In this document: positions 40,158 to 56,158 of the stretch, one piece after another | How positions within the stretch are numbered: the first letter of the stretch is position 1 | Layout: every line of letters starts with the position of its first letter | DNA from: Octopus vulgaris | Taxonomy: Eukaryota | Assembly: GCA_951406725.2 (NCBI GenBank) | Contig: OX597814.1 | Location: 98,952,001 to 99,016,000, forward strand | Direction: 5' to 3' | Length of the DNA stretch: 64,000 nucleotides | Translations under genes and position numbers: made by a program | Notes under the pieces: model-generated | The model's database searches: none | The model's input: only the letters and a program-made list of their open reading frames with translations | Told to the model about the DNA's origin: nothing

Positions 40158-41065
40158 ATAGGAGAAGGAAAGATTCAGAGAAGGGAAGACAGAGGGAAAA
40201 AATCGCCAACGGTACACACGAGGTCACATTTACATACATACATGCATAGTTTTGTATGGGCGTGTATATGTATGTGCACATGCATGTGAGTACATATGTA
40301 TAAATGTTTACATGTATATATGTATGTGTACATGCATGAATATATCTGCGTTTATGTGTGGATATGCTAATATACATATTTCTATATATTTATACATTGC
40401 TTCAAAATCTTCTTACAAGTGCCTTTGCTTATAAGATACACAATCCTTATAAATCTATCTGGATGTATAGATAACGACATGCTGTTAAACGTACATTTTT
40501 CTACACTCATATGTTATAAATATAAATAGTACTGCTAGAATCATATTAAGGTACCTGGATAAATAATTATATCAACAGAATCCCCTCGATTCAAACTATT
40601 ATAAAATACCAATTATATTTTTTCTATGATAGAAATCTAAGGACAACACCAAATTCAACCTCAAGCTGGACTGTGTTGAGTGACCATCTGTATTGTCTAC
40701 AAGCATTCTTTTGCAAATCCTAAACTAACATAAAGACCCCCTACAGCCGTGACTGACCAAAGCATTGCCCCACTATCTATCTATCTATATGTCCCAGCAT
40801 GGACGCAGTCAAGTACCTGAAACAAGTAGAAAGAATATATATATATATAATTTTTATTTTACAGACAAGAAAGTAATTATAGTGTACTCAGCCAGTATCT
40901 GAAGTGTGTGGGTTCGAATCCTGTGGCTGTCTGCTGAAATCTTTTTCCATCATACAGGGGTAAAACCCCAAATCTTCCTGCTGTTTTCACGATTATTCTG
41001 CGTTCGAAATATTACTTTCTAGTCCGTAAAATACCGAACATATTCGACGCTTCCAAAGTTTGTTT

Positions 41066-41130
<65 letters not shown>

Positions 41131-42449
41131 GCACACGCACGCTCACGCACACTCCCTCACTCACACACACACACATACTTTGTGTATATACCCACATGTA
41201 CATACGTACTTATGAGTATTGTAGTTAGCACTTTACATTTAGTTATTCGAATTACATGTCCCTATCAACAGACTCACTTCTGCTGAGAAGTCTGTAAAGT
41301 TCGAAACTCGATTAAGGTTATTCATAATTTATTCCTGTGGAGAAATAGTTAGAAGGTGGTAGTTTGCAGGAGTAGTTGAACGGTAAGAAAGACCTTCAAG
41401 AATTTACTTTTGTGGAGCTGTTCAAGTTTATACCCGCACCAGTAAAAGATTAGTAATGCTTTGACTAAATAACATAGGAAGCAGTAGAATTGTTATGTAT
41501 ATCAGTCGACTGTTGCCTTAAGTTATAAATATACTGATCGCCATCTTTGTCTCAGTAAAAGTCAGTACTACACACATGCACTCACACAGGTATATATGTA
41601 AAATGTCATAAATATATCCTCGCATAGACACATGTTTATATCCTTTAATCGAAATCTTTTCATCCGAATCAAAAGTTATATCGAAGATAGTACTTAAAAG
41701 GATTTCTGTTACATTTCTCTCATCGAATTAATGCGTTCTTAGAGAAACATACAGCCTTTCAGACATATATTATCTACGTCAGCAGAAGGAATACTGAAAC
41801 CATATTCGCCTGAATCAACATTCATTCGACGCAACAGTTAACATATGATAGACAATTTGATTGATTCTGCTGAATTTAATTTAAAGTGTTATTGTCAAGA
41901 GCATCTGGAGAAAGTTATATGGCGCCAGAGGAAAGAGTAGATAGATGATATCTCCCTTGTTTAATGGTATAATATCTGATACCGTTTCTGTTATCAACTG
42001 AAAATGTAACATCATCTTTATACGATCAATAGTATATTTTTCAAATGCAAACTTTCTCTTTATATTAAGGTGGATCTGTCAACTGAACCCTAGTACATAT
42101 TCCGATCTGTTGACGTATTCCAATCATAAACCTGCCAATCAATAATTTGTCATTATTGGCTGAATATAAGCAGAAATGCGAAGCCCCACGTACACACATA
42201 CAGACATACACACACACACACACACGTACACAGATATAATCTCACGACCATGCACATAAAAGAGCATATGAATGTATGTATACATCCATTGTGCATTCAT
42301 CTATATCAAAGTATGAACATTCTGGACTGCATTAGATTTTCATGGAGATATATGGCATATTCTAAATAATGATATGTAAGAAAGACTAATGTATACTACT
42401 AGAATTCTATACATCCATAGCTATATAAGCAGCATATTTATCTTCTTTT

Positions 42450-42835
42450 ATCTTTTATCTATTAGCTGTTTAAGTCATTAGACTGTGGCCATGCTGGTGC
42501 ACCACTTTGAAGGGTTTTGGTCGAACAAATCGATTCCAATACTTATTTCTTTTTCCCAGCCTGGTACTTTTTCTATAGATCACTTTTGGCGAACCGCTAA
42601 GTTACAGGAACATAAGTCAGCAGTAACTGTCAAGCGGTGGTGGGGACAAACACGCACGCGCGCGTATACATACACGATGGGCTTCTTTCATTTTCCATCT
42701 ATCAAATCCACTCACAATGCTTTCATCGGCCCGATGCGGTTATTGAAGACACTTGTTTTAGGTGTCACACTGTTAAACTGAGCCCGAAACCATGTGGTTG
42801 AGGAGAAAAATTCTTACCCCACAACTGCCTGCGTC
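42450..42835 (-). mobile_element. Family B SINE
   Basis: gtcattagactgtggccatgctggtgcacc...gaaccgctaagttac...gaagacacttg...gaaaccatgtggttg. Confidence 0.85.
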
Positions 42836-43149
42836 TTAGATGGATGATTATTCTACACATTTGAATTTTTACCTCCACACACTAAACATACAGACATGCT
42901 CACACTCATAGTAAAGACGCAAATTTTCAAATACACACACACACGCACACACATATCACAGATGCACTTACATAGACTCACACACACTCACTTGCATACA
43001 CATGCTTTTTATACAAGTAAATTTACTTATTGAATTATAGCCAGCGAAAGAGAGGAAATAACGTTTGCTTATCTTCTTAGACTGGCGAGATTGATGCATT
43101 TGCTGTTTTAGTCTAAATTTCGCAGGCGGAAGTGATCAGAAAAAAAAAC

Positions 43150-44900
43150 TAGAAATAAATCAAGCGTTCCGAAATGTTAGAATGTTTGAAATAAAGGCTT
43201 GAGTGAAGTGTTCGGGTTATGAAATAAACAGGGACAGGTAAATCCAATGGACTTTGGTTATTTTGAGTCACATCCTTGTAGCTCAGTGCAGCACGGGGTA
43301 TCTTAGTTGCGGTGAAAGATACGCAAGGAGAATAAATTAAGTCTCTAAGTGCTTGAGGTTTTATGCATGCTAAGGAGAGAAAGTTTATCAATTAGTCGAA
43401 TGGGTGTTTTAAGAGACTGTCTAGAATGCTTGTGTGTATCATGCAACCTTCTTTCAGACGTTTGTGCTAATTGTAAGGTATCATCAGCTGTTTAAAGATG
43501 AAGTACTTTCTAGAATGAAGAAACGGCTTAGCCTTCAAAAGGTAGTTCTCGGTATGTTTTAGATTAGTGCTTGCCATAAATCTATCACCAGAGATTTTGA
43601 GGTCTGGTATTTATAGAGGGTTTCAGAAGCTATTATGTAAAGGTTGACTTTGAACTGAAGGTAAGTGCTCGTATGTATTCCTTACATTTAAACAGCAATT
43701 GATATTAGAGAAAGTCGTCTATTTAATCGGGTGGCCTTTTGTGAATATCCGTTTAAATGATTACGTGTAGGAGCAGTACCATAGATGATACACGAGTTAT
43801 TACTCGTGTATCATGCAAAAGTATTCTCGTAGACGGCATGCAAAATTATTCTCGTAGACGGTAACAAAACAACTCAATGTTCAATATCTTCTGATTCTAA
43901 AGAGCGAAGTATATTTTGTTTTTGCGATTTAGTTTAAGCCAAACCACTGATGTGTCGCCATCATAAAACCTCTTCAAAGTGTGTTAGGTATCTAAGTTGT
44001 GTGTTCTTTGTAGTACTGAGAAGTAATGAAAAGCGAAAGCTAAGAGGATTGAAGGCAGTCGAACTAATGATATATCCCAGAGTTTATAGAACGTAAATCG
44101 AAGCAGGCTTTGTTGAAATACGTTGTCTAAAAAGAAAATTTCGATTTAGCAGAAGTGAAATGGATAGGGATTATAGCTGAATAATTTTGTCAAGAGATTC
44201 TAGGGTCAAATGCAGATGCTGAAAACAGCATTGCTTTCATCGAAAATCTTAAGTGGCAAAATAATTGGCGATATGTCATATGCGAACAAGTATCCAATAG
44301 GTTTGGAAATTGCTTTTATGTCATATTGCCCTTCAGATGTCATACTGGTCACCTAGGAGGGAAACGGACTAAAGGATACATGCTAAAGACAATTTTGATT
44401 TTGTTGAAACAAAGGTCATGGATCTCTAGTTTAAAATGTCATCGGAGTGTCTTTTGTGGCGATCGAACAAAATGTTTCAGGTTTTCATCGGTTCTAAAAT
44501 TTTGACGTTGAAATCATGTTTATTCTAGTAATTAACAAGTAGTGATATTTTTTGTTAGGAAGGTTTGCTTTATGTGTGTTAAAGTTACTGTTGTGTTTTG
44601 CTGTGAACTTCTATGACCAAACTTTCAGTATTTTGTTTGGTAAGGCTAGCAGTGAGTATAAGATAGTTCTTTTACTAAGATTTAACTTTGTGATGGACTT
44701 GTGTGCCGTTCAGGGCTGCCTATTGTGCCCTCGGTCATTTACAATCTATAGAGACCGGGGAAGCTCCAGTCAAATCAGCCTGCAAGCTTAAAATAGGCCT
44801 AAGGAGACCTTTTATAAATAATCCCTACTTGAACTGCTTCCATGAATAATACTGAAATGAAAATCTAAATGCATATGAAGCTGCGTATGGCTTGGTAACA
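43150..44900 (-). mobile_element. Very old CR1/L2-like LINE relic
   Basis: Remnant ATKIPRAALSYKD (compare QRRATK.IP.L..LSYEER) and weak upstream RT-like traces. Confidence 0.4.
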
Positions 44901-45433
44901 TGTTCCGTGTTTACGCTAAATCCTTTAGGTTTATATGTAGTAGCAAGCAGACATAGATAACCTTTCAACTCTCCCATCTTTTGACTCAGCAGCACATATA
45001 GGATGTGTCAGTTGGCGTGAGAATGGGTATACATACAATCGGGCAGAACCCATTTTCAGTTAAACAGACTAGAACATGACATGAAATGCCTAGCGCAAGG
45101 GAAATAAAAAAACGCATTTACCGTCCCCGGAATCGAACCTGCAACATAATGTTATTGAGCAAAACGTCCTAATTACATCTTTACTGAAGTAAAATATTCC
45201 AATAGGTGGCAAAAAGTAGGGTTTTGAAAGTCAAAAGTGAGGATCTAATTGATTACTCTTTAGATTAACAATTATAAAATATGAAGCATGTTGCACTTCA
45301 GACAACCCAATAAAGAGATAACCTAATAAAAAAAACTAAATTAAATTAAGCAGGCACACATACACATAAACAACGAGAATTAATTAATACGAACGAAGAT
45401 CAATTCCAGCTGCGGACATTTAATGGATAAGGA

Positions 45434-45485
<52 letters not shown>

Positions 45486-46361
45486 ATATATATGTTCTCA
45501 TTAACTTTCACCCCAAACTAGACAATCAAAGCGAGGTGACGTGTAGGAAATTTTAAAAATTGATAACTTTTCGTTTGCATTAACGTAAATAAATGGATGA
45601 AATAAAGGAATAAAATTTAATTTTCTGGTAAGCTGAATTAATTAGATAATACGTAAGATAATCAAAGATTTGTGAAGTAAAACACTATCACCCCCAATAG
45701 TAGCAGCAAGATCAACAACAACAAGAGCAATAACAACAACAACAAAACAACAACGACGACGATGATGACAACAAGAAAATTAATGCAGTCAGTGTTAGTT
45801 GCAATGGTTTCTTTAGCATTTAATATGAATATAAATGCTATAGTAATTTCTCTTTGTTAATTTAGTAGCTCTTTAAAACACTGGAGACACGTTAAATGAT
45901 TGCGTCAGATGTGACAAATACATTTGCACTGAATGATCCTCCAAGCAGCCAGTTTAGTTTCTTATATATTACATATAACTGATCCATCCAATTTAATTGT
46001 TATAACATATTATATATTTGTGACAAGATAATATTTCACTATTAAGATGCAGGAAACACACTATTTAAACTTTGAACTATTTAAATAATCAGTTCTCATA
46101 ACTTCGTCCGCAGGTTTGGCATATTGTAAGCTGAGTACTTATTCTATGAGATTTGGAAAAGGTTTCTGTATCACTTTCAGAATCATTAATCGCTTATAGG
46201 ATATTAACTCTCTGTCCCAAAACAGAAAGAGATAAAGAAATAGAGAAGAGGGAACGAAAAAAAGGAAGGAGATCGAAAGCTTAGTCACGACTGTATCTCC
46301 TACTCTTATAAAATTATATTTGAATAATTCGACATGAAATTGTAATGCTCAAACTAATAAT

Positions 46362-46427
<66 letters not shown>

Positions 46428-47608
46428 GATGACATCTTAGTAGTATTTCCTTCATCACAGATATCTTGCTAAGTGATATTTGTGAAATTTCTTTTTATCC
46501 ACCATTGGATTTTAGCTTAGCTCATAACACGTGAAATATCCCAACAGTTATATTGCGCTGTTGTTGCTCTTTATAACAACATTTATATTTACTAAGTGGA
46601 CTTACAGTTAAGAAGTAGATGAAATAACATGATAGCCAACTTCAGTGCTTTGCAGGCCTGTCTCATTCCCTTACTACACTGAAAAGGTTTCGCTGTTTCG
46701 ACTATGGTCTGGTATTTTTCATTATTAAAAAAAGAAAAACGCTTCTGCCTTTGTAAAACACGATCGGCAGTTTATCCACATCAAACCATTACTTATAAAT
46801 ACAAACATTTGAAAAGCAACAATATTGAATAGGAAAATACTAGATTTTAGACATGACATTAAGCATCTCAGTAGATGTACTGTTTTTTTTGTGTTACTCA
46901 TATTTCAGAGATTTCATGTCTGAAATATGTAATGTACAATGTAAGATAGGATACAAATACTTTAGATTCCAGAAAACACTTATAGTGATCGAGATAAATT
47001 CCTTATCTGACTTCGTCTTTTAGCAACAAATCTCACGAGACTCAATTTATAACTCGCTGGACTATATTTTATGTGAATTTTTTTTACCAGATCGGTATAG
47101 AAAAAAAACTAAAAGAAAAAAATAATATGATGTGAACATAATTGATGCGGAGTTTTATTCATTTCCAACAACAACGATGTCAACTACAAATCACAACAAT
47201 AACAATAGCAATACCAAACAAATATTTGAAACGGATTAATTTGGTGCATTATAAAAACAACAGCCGGAAGAGAGACAACAGTTGCAACAAAAACAAATAA
47301 TAATGGTAAGAAACAAGTACAAATAATAGCACGATTTAAACGAGTTTAAAGATTTCCATTTCCTATTCTGATGATTGGGGTTGGGTATAGAAATAAAGGC
47401 TGCCATAGGATAGGCAAAAGAATGATGACTAAGCTACACAGTTCATTATCATTTCTACCACCTGCTCCACGATAAATAAAAAATAAATGTCGTAAAAATG
47501 ACATGATATTCGGTTTATATATATTTTCAGGCATTTCCTGTTTGTTTTTTTCTTTCTTTGTTTTTCTATCTGTAAATATTTTCGTTTCAATTTTCATTAT
47601 TATTATTA

Positions 47609-47682
<74 letters not shown>

Positions 47683-48050
47683 GTTATTATTATTATGATT
47701 ATTATTATCTTGGCCTATGTCCAGGAAATTTCCTTCGTTTTCTCCTGACATCGGTTTCTCCGTTATTAATTCAAAACAATAACCGTTTGTGTTGACGGCA
47801 AACAGATGATTCGCTTATAGAACACAAGACATTAACGCTAAGTTTGCAACTCGCTTCGCTCTTCCTATCACCTCCTTGTCCACCCCCCGCTAACTGGTAC
47901 CATTTTTGTGTTTATTCGGTTGCACCCCCCTCACTGACCCTCCTTATTTAGAAATCAGAAAGGGTTGTTTGTTTAATGCCTACTGGGTAGTAAACGAAAA
48001 ATAAGACATGTCACCGGAATGCACATTTCTCGTGTTCTAAATACGTTATG

Positions 48051-48109
<59 letters not shown>

Positions 48110-48377
48110 TTTCCTATCATAGCAGAGTCGATGCCAAAGAAATTGAAAAAAAACTGAGAAATATCAGGATCTAGCCAGAGAACTGATAAAACTGTGGAAG
48201 ACCAGAACAACAGTAATTGGTAAACATGGCACAATATCCAAAATGCTATATAAATGACTAAAAGAGAATGAAATTGAAACTTGCATTGTCGACCTGCAGA
48301 AAAGTTCCTTCCTATATTCTGCATGTATCGTTCGAAATATTCTTGAAATTTGAGGAGACTTGTTGTCACCAAACGTC
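48110..48377 (+). mobile_element. Decayed R4/Dong-like LINE 3' fragment following (TAA)n
   Basis: KYQDLARELIKLWKTRT...LQKSSFLYSACIVRNILEI*, an RLE C-terminus. Confidence 0.75.
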
Positions 48378-48843
48378 AAGATGAGGGCTACAGCAAATAT
48401 TCTGCTCAATACCACAGATTTGCTTGTCAGTTGTTTGACCTTAACCAGTTGAGCATGTTCCTTAGTGGCTGACGATATGTGCATCTCTGATCACGAGTAG
48501 AAGTAGTGGGGGAGCATCATAGCCCTTTGTTGAGAGGGATTCTTTGGGGTTTGAATAATTCACCTCTGGAAACATGGGTGGTTCTTTCAACATCCTTAAA
48601 CAACCCTTATTCAGGGACCTTTTGAGCGGGATGGGCTACTCAACCTGAAGAAAAATTCTAACTGGGCCCCACCTGCAAGGTCATGTGCTGTTTATCTTGA
48701 TATGAGATCACCATGTCGCGCACATATGGTTGTGATGCATGTGCCTGGTGTACCCTTATCAGACGGGTAGTCATGATGGGTATATTGGGCTTCGTATATT
48801 TTACCCCAGTGTCACTTTGATGGCATGCACAGCTCTCTCACTC
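48378..48843 (+). mobile_element. Non-coding retroposon 3' end (element E), 5'-truncated copy, with a (TAA)n tail
   Basis: Highly similar to 61457-61919; both end in ctctctcactc followed by (AAT)n. Confidence 0.8.
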
Positions 48844-48887
<44 letters not shown>

Positions 48888-48994
48888 TAAAAAAAAAAAA
48901 ATAATAATAATAACAATAACAATAATAGCAATAACAATAATAATAATAATAACAATAATAATAATAATAATAGTAATAACAACAACAACAACAA

Positions 48995-49067
<73 letters not shown>

Positions 49068-49069
49068 TA

Positions 49070-50895
49070 TTATTATTTCATTTATTTGCCACAAGGGCGA
49101 AGAATGAGGGGACAATACAGAGACAAAGTGTTGGGGTTTACATATAATAATGAAATGATGAAAAAAAATTAAGAACACACGATATACACTGAAAAAGAAG
49201 AGACATATGCAGAGCATACAAAGGTAAAAAAATGGCGGGGAGAATGATAGAGATGTGGCCTTCCTGATACATGAAGGCCTCTAGGGATAATCGAGGAACC
49301 CCACAGTCCGAAATTATCCTTTTCAAGTGAAACTTGAAAAGTCAGTGAGAGCTCCACTAAAGAGGAATGTATCTGTGTCCTCATGCCTTTCAGCCTTGTC
49401 CTCAAAAGAACCTCTTCCGCCACAGTCTTCCAGGCAAAGGAAAACTGTCTTGGCTGCCCGATTTAAGGAGGGCGGTGCTGCGATCATCACTACAGATTCG
49501 GCCGACAGCCGGATCCGTCCCATATGCGACAGCAGCTGTTCAACATAACACCACAAGTCAACAATGCCTAGACACTGAACGAAAGGGTGCAGAAAGGTTT
49601 CGTACCTCGAACAAGTCAGTCTGATGGCACATCCGGTAGCGTTCCTCGGTTGCACTATCAGGCCAAGTACATCTGGAAATTATCTATGATAGTTCCCGAC
49701 CGGACAGTCCTCCAGAACAGACTAGCCAGTCCGTTCTTGTCGGCACCCATAGTCACCCCGAGAAACGTCGTCGCACTTCCCCACCACTAATCCTCTATAA
49801 ATTTCTAAAGCTGAATATCCATTGCCCGACTGATAGAATGTTGTGAGCGCCTGACGATATTCTAGGTGCCAGGCGCCCAGTCTCGGTCTTTTCTTCACCC
49901 GGGACTGTTAACGAGACGGGCTGCGGAAAGACGAGCCTCACAGACGTAGCCGATACACGCCCACCGTTCAGAAATCGCTGTAGGTAGCGTAAGCTAAAAG
50001 CATGTCTGCGCATTTGGAGTCACAGCATACCTAATCCACCACTCAGAGGACGCTGGCAACAGACTAACCACCTGACCATTGGACCGCGTCCCTTCCAGAA
50101 GAATTTGAATAAGAGACGCTCCAGCCTGGTCAAGCAGTAACCGGGTCAATGCACGACGATCAGGCGATAAATGATAACGGAGGCGATGTGAGCATTCGCC
50201 ACCTCTACCCAACATTTCAGGGAAATTTTATTTCAGCCCATTTCTGGGTAAGTCTGTTCACCCTGTTCGCCACCGCGTCCCAGTTCTTATCAACCTGGTA
50301 GTCGGGACCACATCAAGCCCCGAGCACTTTATCTGGTCCGTCGGTTCAGCGTCCGACAGCGCCATCCGATGGCATCGTCCTGCCTCTTCAGGAGTCCAAC
50401 CGCAAACCAACAGATTTGTCGGCGCTGGTTTTTAGCCCCTGCAACCGACTCATATTCTTTTAAGATGGTGCCGATTGTCTCTATTTCGGAGGCGTTCGTC
50501 ACCATGATGGTGACGTCGTCCGCGTATGTTGACGCTGCCCTTCCATGTCCTATTTCGAAAGGGATGCTCCTCAGCAATTACAACTTCCGCAACAGTGGCT
50601 CGAGTGCTAATACGTATAAAAGAGACGATAACGGGAAGCCCTGACGGACCGAGCGTGCGATACCAAACGGCTCCGATAGGTGGCTGCTTACTTTGACCAC
50701 TGAACAAGTGACGCTGTGCATTGCAGCCGTCCAGCCTCTGAAATCGTATCCGAAACCGCCTGCTTTCCGGACGGCTTCCAAGTAGCGAATGCTTTTGATT
50801 GATCCAAATTGATCAGAGCAGTACCGAAGCCAACTGTGTTCCCAGCCGTCTCTGTATCGCATAAGGTGGAAGGTGTCGACCTTCGAATAGGCTAC
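49070..50895 (-). mobile_element. Tx1/L1-clade LINE, 5'-truncated (RT 3' half to 3' UTR)
   Basis: ARSVRQGFPLSSLLYVLALEPLLRKL and STYADDVTIM. C-terminal ETFLHPFVQC...LWCYVEQLLS. 3' end CCCTTGTGGCAAATAAATGAAATAATAAT. Confidence 0.9.
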
Positions 50896-50915
50896 CGAGT
50901 ATAATAATAATGATA

Positions 50916-51065
50916 AAGCACCACTAGGCACCACACAATCCTATGTAAAGCACTTTCAATACAGTGAAAATAAGAATACCACAACAAACTACAGCACATA
51001 CCCGAGGCACACAGCTGTGCTCGGAAGTCCAGTGAAAGCAGTAATAAAAATAAGACTGTTGAATG

Positions 51066-51066
<1 letters not shown>
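50916..51066 (+). mobile_element. R4/Dong-like LINE extreme 3' tail
   Basis: Homologous to 52185-52322 (cagcacatacc..ggcacacag..gctcgg..agtgaaagca); flanked by TAA runs. Confidence 0.8.
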
Positions 51067-51134
<68 letters not shown>

Positions 51135-52318
51135 CACCCAAAATCTGACATAGAAAGACTATATATACAACGTATAGAAGGTGGTAGAGGCCTTATACAG
51201 CTGGAAAACTACTATAAAATAACCACCACAGGACTGCAATAATATCTACTTCAGAAGGAAGGAAAACTGATACAAATAGCGGCCAAACACGAGCAAAACA
51301 AAAAACTGTTCTCAGTATTTAAGGAAACTGACAAATACAAACAAGAAATCATACCACCTAATAAATATGAAGAAGAAGAAGAAGAAGATGAAGAAACAAC
51401 AAAAGCTATAAAACAAATGAAATCCAAACTAAAAATAGAACAGCAACGAACCATGATAAAACGATGGCAAGAAAAGCCCCTTCATGGTAAATACTGGACT
51501 AAACTAAACGCAAAAGAAATAGACAAAGAAAAATCCCAGCAATGGCTGAGAAGCTCAGGACTCAAAGCAGAGACAGAGGGATTTTTAATTGCAGCACAAG
51601 ACCAAAGCCTCCCCACCAGAAGTTACCAAAAACATGTAATGAAAAGAAATATAACAAGTAACTGCAGAATATGTGGAGATGGACAAAAAACAATAAATCA
51701 TATTATCTCTAGCTGCCCAGTCCTGGCTAAGAAGGAATATATTCACAGACATGACAGAGTTGGAACCTACATACATTGGAAGCTATGCCAACATTATGGA
51801 ATAACAACAGAAAAAAGATGTTATAGGTACACACCAGAAAAGGTCACAGAAAACGAGAAAGCAACCATACTCTGGGATATGCCGATACACACAGATAGAG
51901 AAATTAAGGCCAACAGACCAGATATAGTTGTCAGAGATCATGAAGAAAAAAAATGCTTTCTAATTGATGTATCAATGCCGGCAGATGACAACGTGTCTCT
52001 AAAAGAAATGGAGAAACTTTCAAAATGCAAAGACCTGGAAATAGAGGTAACCAGAATGTGGAATCTAAAAACAGAAACAATTCCTATCATAGTAGGTGCA
52101 TTAGGCATGATAAAAAAAAATATTCAGACAAATACATAACAAAAACACCAGGACTTACAAACACATATAACATACAAAAAATTGCACTACTATGCACTGC
52201 ACACATCCTACGCAGAACACTTTCCATACAATAACCATCAGAGCATCACAGCACATACCTAAGGCACACAGAGCTGGGCTCGGTAGTGAAGTGAAAGCAC
52301 GCTATAAAAATAAAACTA

Positions 52319-52322
<4 letters not shown>
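51135..52322 (+). mobile_element. R4/Dong-like LINE, 5'-truncated, with zinc knuckle and restriction-like endonuclease
   Basis: HPKSDIERLYIQRIEGGRGL. ORF 51417-52139 carries ETEGFLIAAQDQSL, CRICGDGQKTINHIISSC (CCHC), RHDRV, NRPDIVV, LIDVSMP and IPIIVGALG. (TAA)n on both sides. Confidence 0.93.
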
Positions 52323-52408
<86 letters not shown>

Positions 52409-52411
<3 letters not shown>

Positions 52412-53012
52412 GTCGAAACTATAGACCACCTAATCTCAGGGTGTGGAGTCTTAGTACCTGTAAAATATAAAGCAAGACATGACAGAGTTGGCCAGTATTT
52501 ACACTGGAAAATATGTAATTATAAAATCAAAACCGCTGACAAATGGTATAAACACCATCCTGAAGTTGTGACTGAGGGAGAAAATGTGTCGATTCTCTGG
52601 GACTCCCTCGTACATACCGACAAAACTAAAAAGCTAATAAATCGGATATCATTATAAAAAAATCAGACAAAAAAAGTGTGTTTATTAATTGACAAGAGTA
52701 TTCCTTGCGATCACAACATAGCGGCGAAAGACTTTGACAAGATCAGTAAATATAAAGACTTGCTAATAGAAATTGAAAAGATGTGGCATCTTAAGGCGAT
52801 TACAGTACCAATGATTGTAGGATATTTACGAATGATTAAAATAGGTACTGAAACCTATTTGAAAATGATACCAGGCTTACCATCCCTACAAGAAGTGCAA
52901 AAACTCGTGTTAACTGGAACGACTCATGTATTGAGAAGAGAATTATTGCTGTGAAAAGAACATCCATTCATGAATTTATTTATTCATTAATTTTTTAGAT
53001 AATATTTTACCT
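52409..53012 (+). mobile_element. R4/Dong-like LINE 3' fragment (different subfamily)
   Basis: ETIDHLISGC...ARHDRVGQYLHWKIC and CLLID...KISKYKDLLIEIEKMWHLKAITVPMIVG; lies between TAA tracts. Confidence 0.9.
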
Positions 53013-53022
53013 GTGAATTGTA

Positions 53023-55906
<2,884 letters not shown>

Positions 55907-56158
55907 TAATAATAATAATAATAAATTATTTTATTGTCCACAAGGGTTCACATAAAATTACAGTAAAATACATACAACAGCATAAAAGACACAAACAGGA
56001 CGTTACAATGGGTTTTACAACGTGTAAACAATATAAATAACAATAACAATTAAACAATTTAAAACTCCCAATAGGGGGGGCGCTTTTGGGACTTCCTGGA
56101 AAACGCCACAAAAACCACGGGTGCCTGGACAACAGAGCTAGAGCCCTTTTCCTTTTGC

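Larger units (their letters stand above)
39720..40230. mobile_element. Two convergent Penelope-like terminal fragments separated by (TA)n
   Basis: The + fragment (~39720-39930) and the - fragment (~40022-40230) each have a sense-strand pyrimidine-rich stretch followed by a hammerhead motif. Confidence 0.6.

Noticed and set aside
41255-41320. Sixth hammerhead (cagact...agtctg, gaaactcgattaagg)
   Set aside because: The CUGANGA core is not recognisable and stem III is broken; at most a dead relic.
43812-43861. 25 bp tandem duplication catgcaaaa.tattctcgtagacgg
   Set aside because: Simple slippage duplication inside an old LINE relic.
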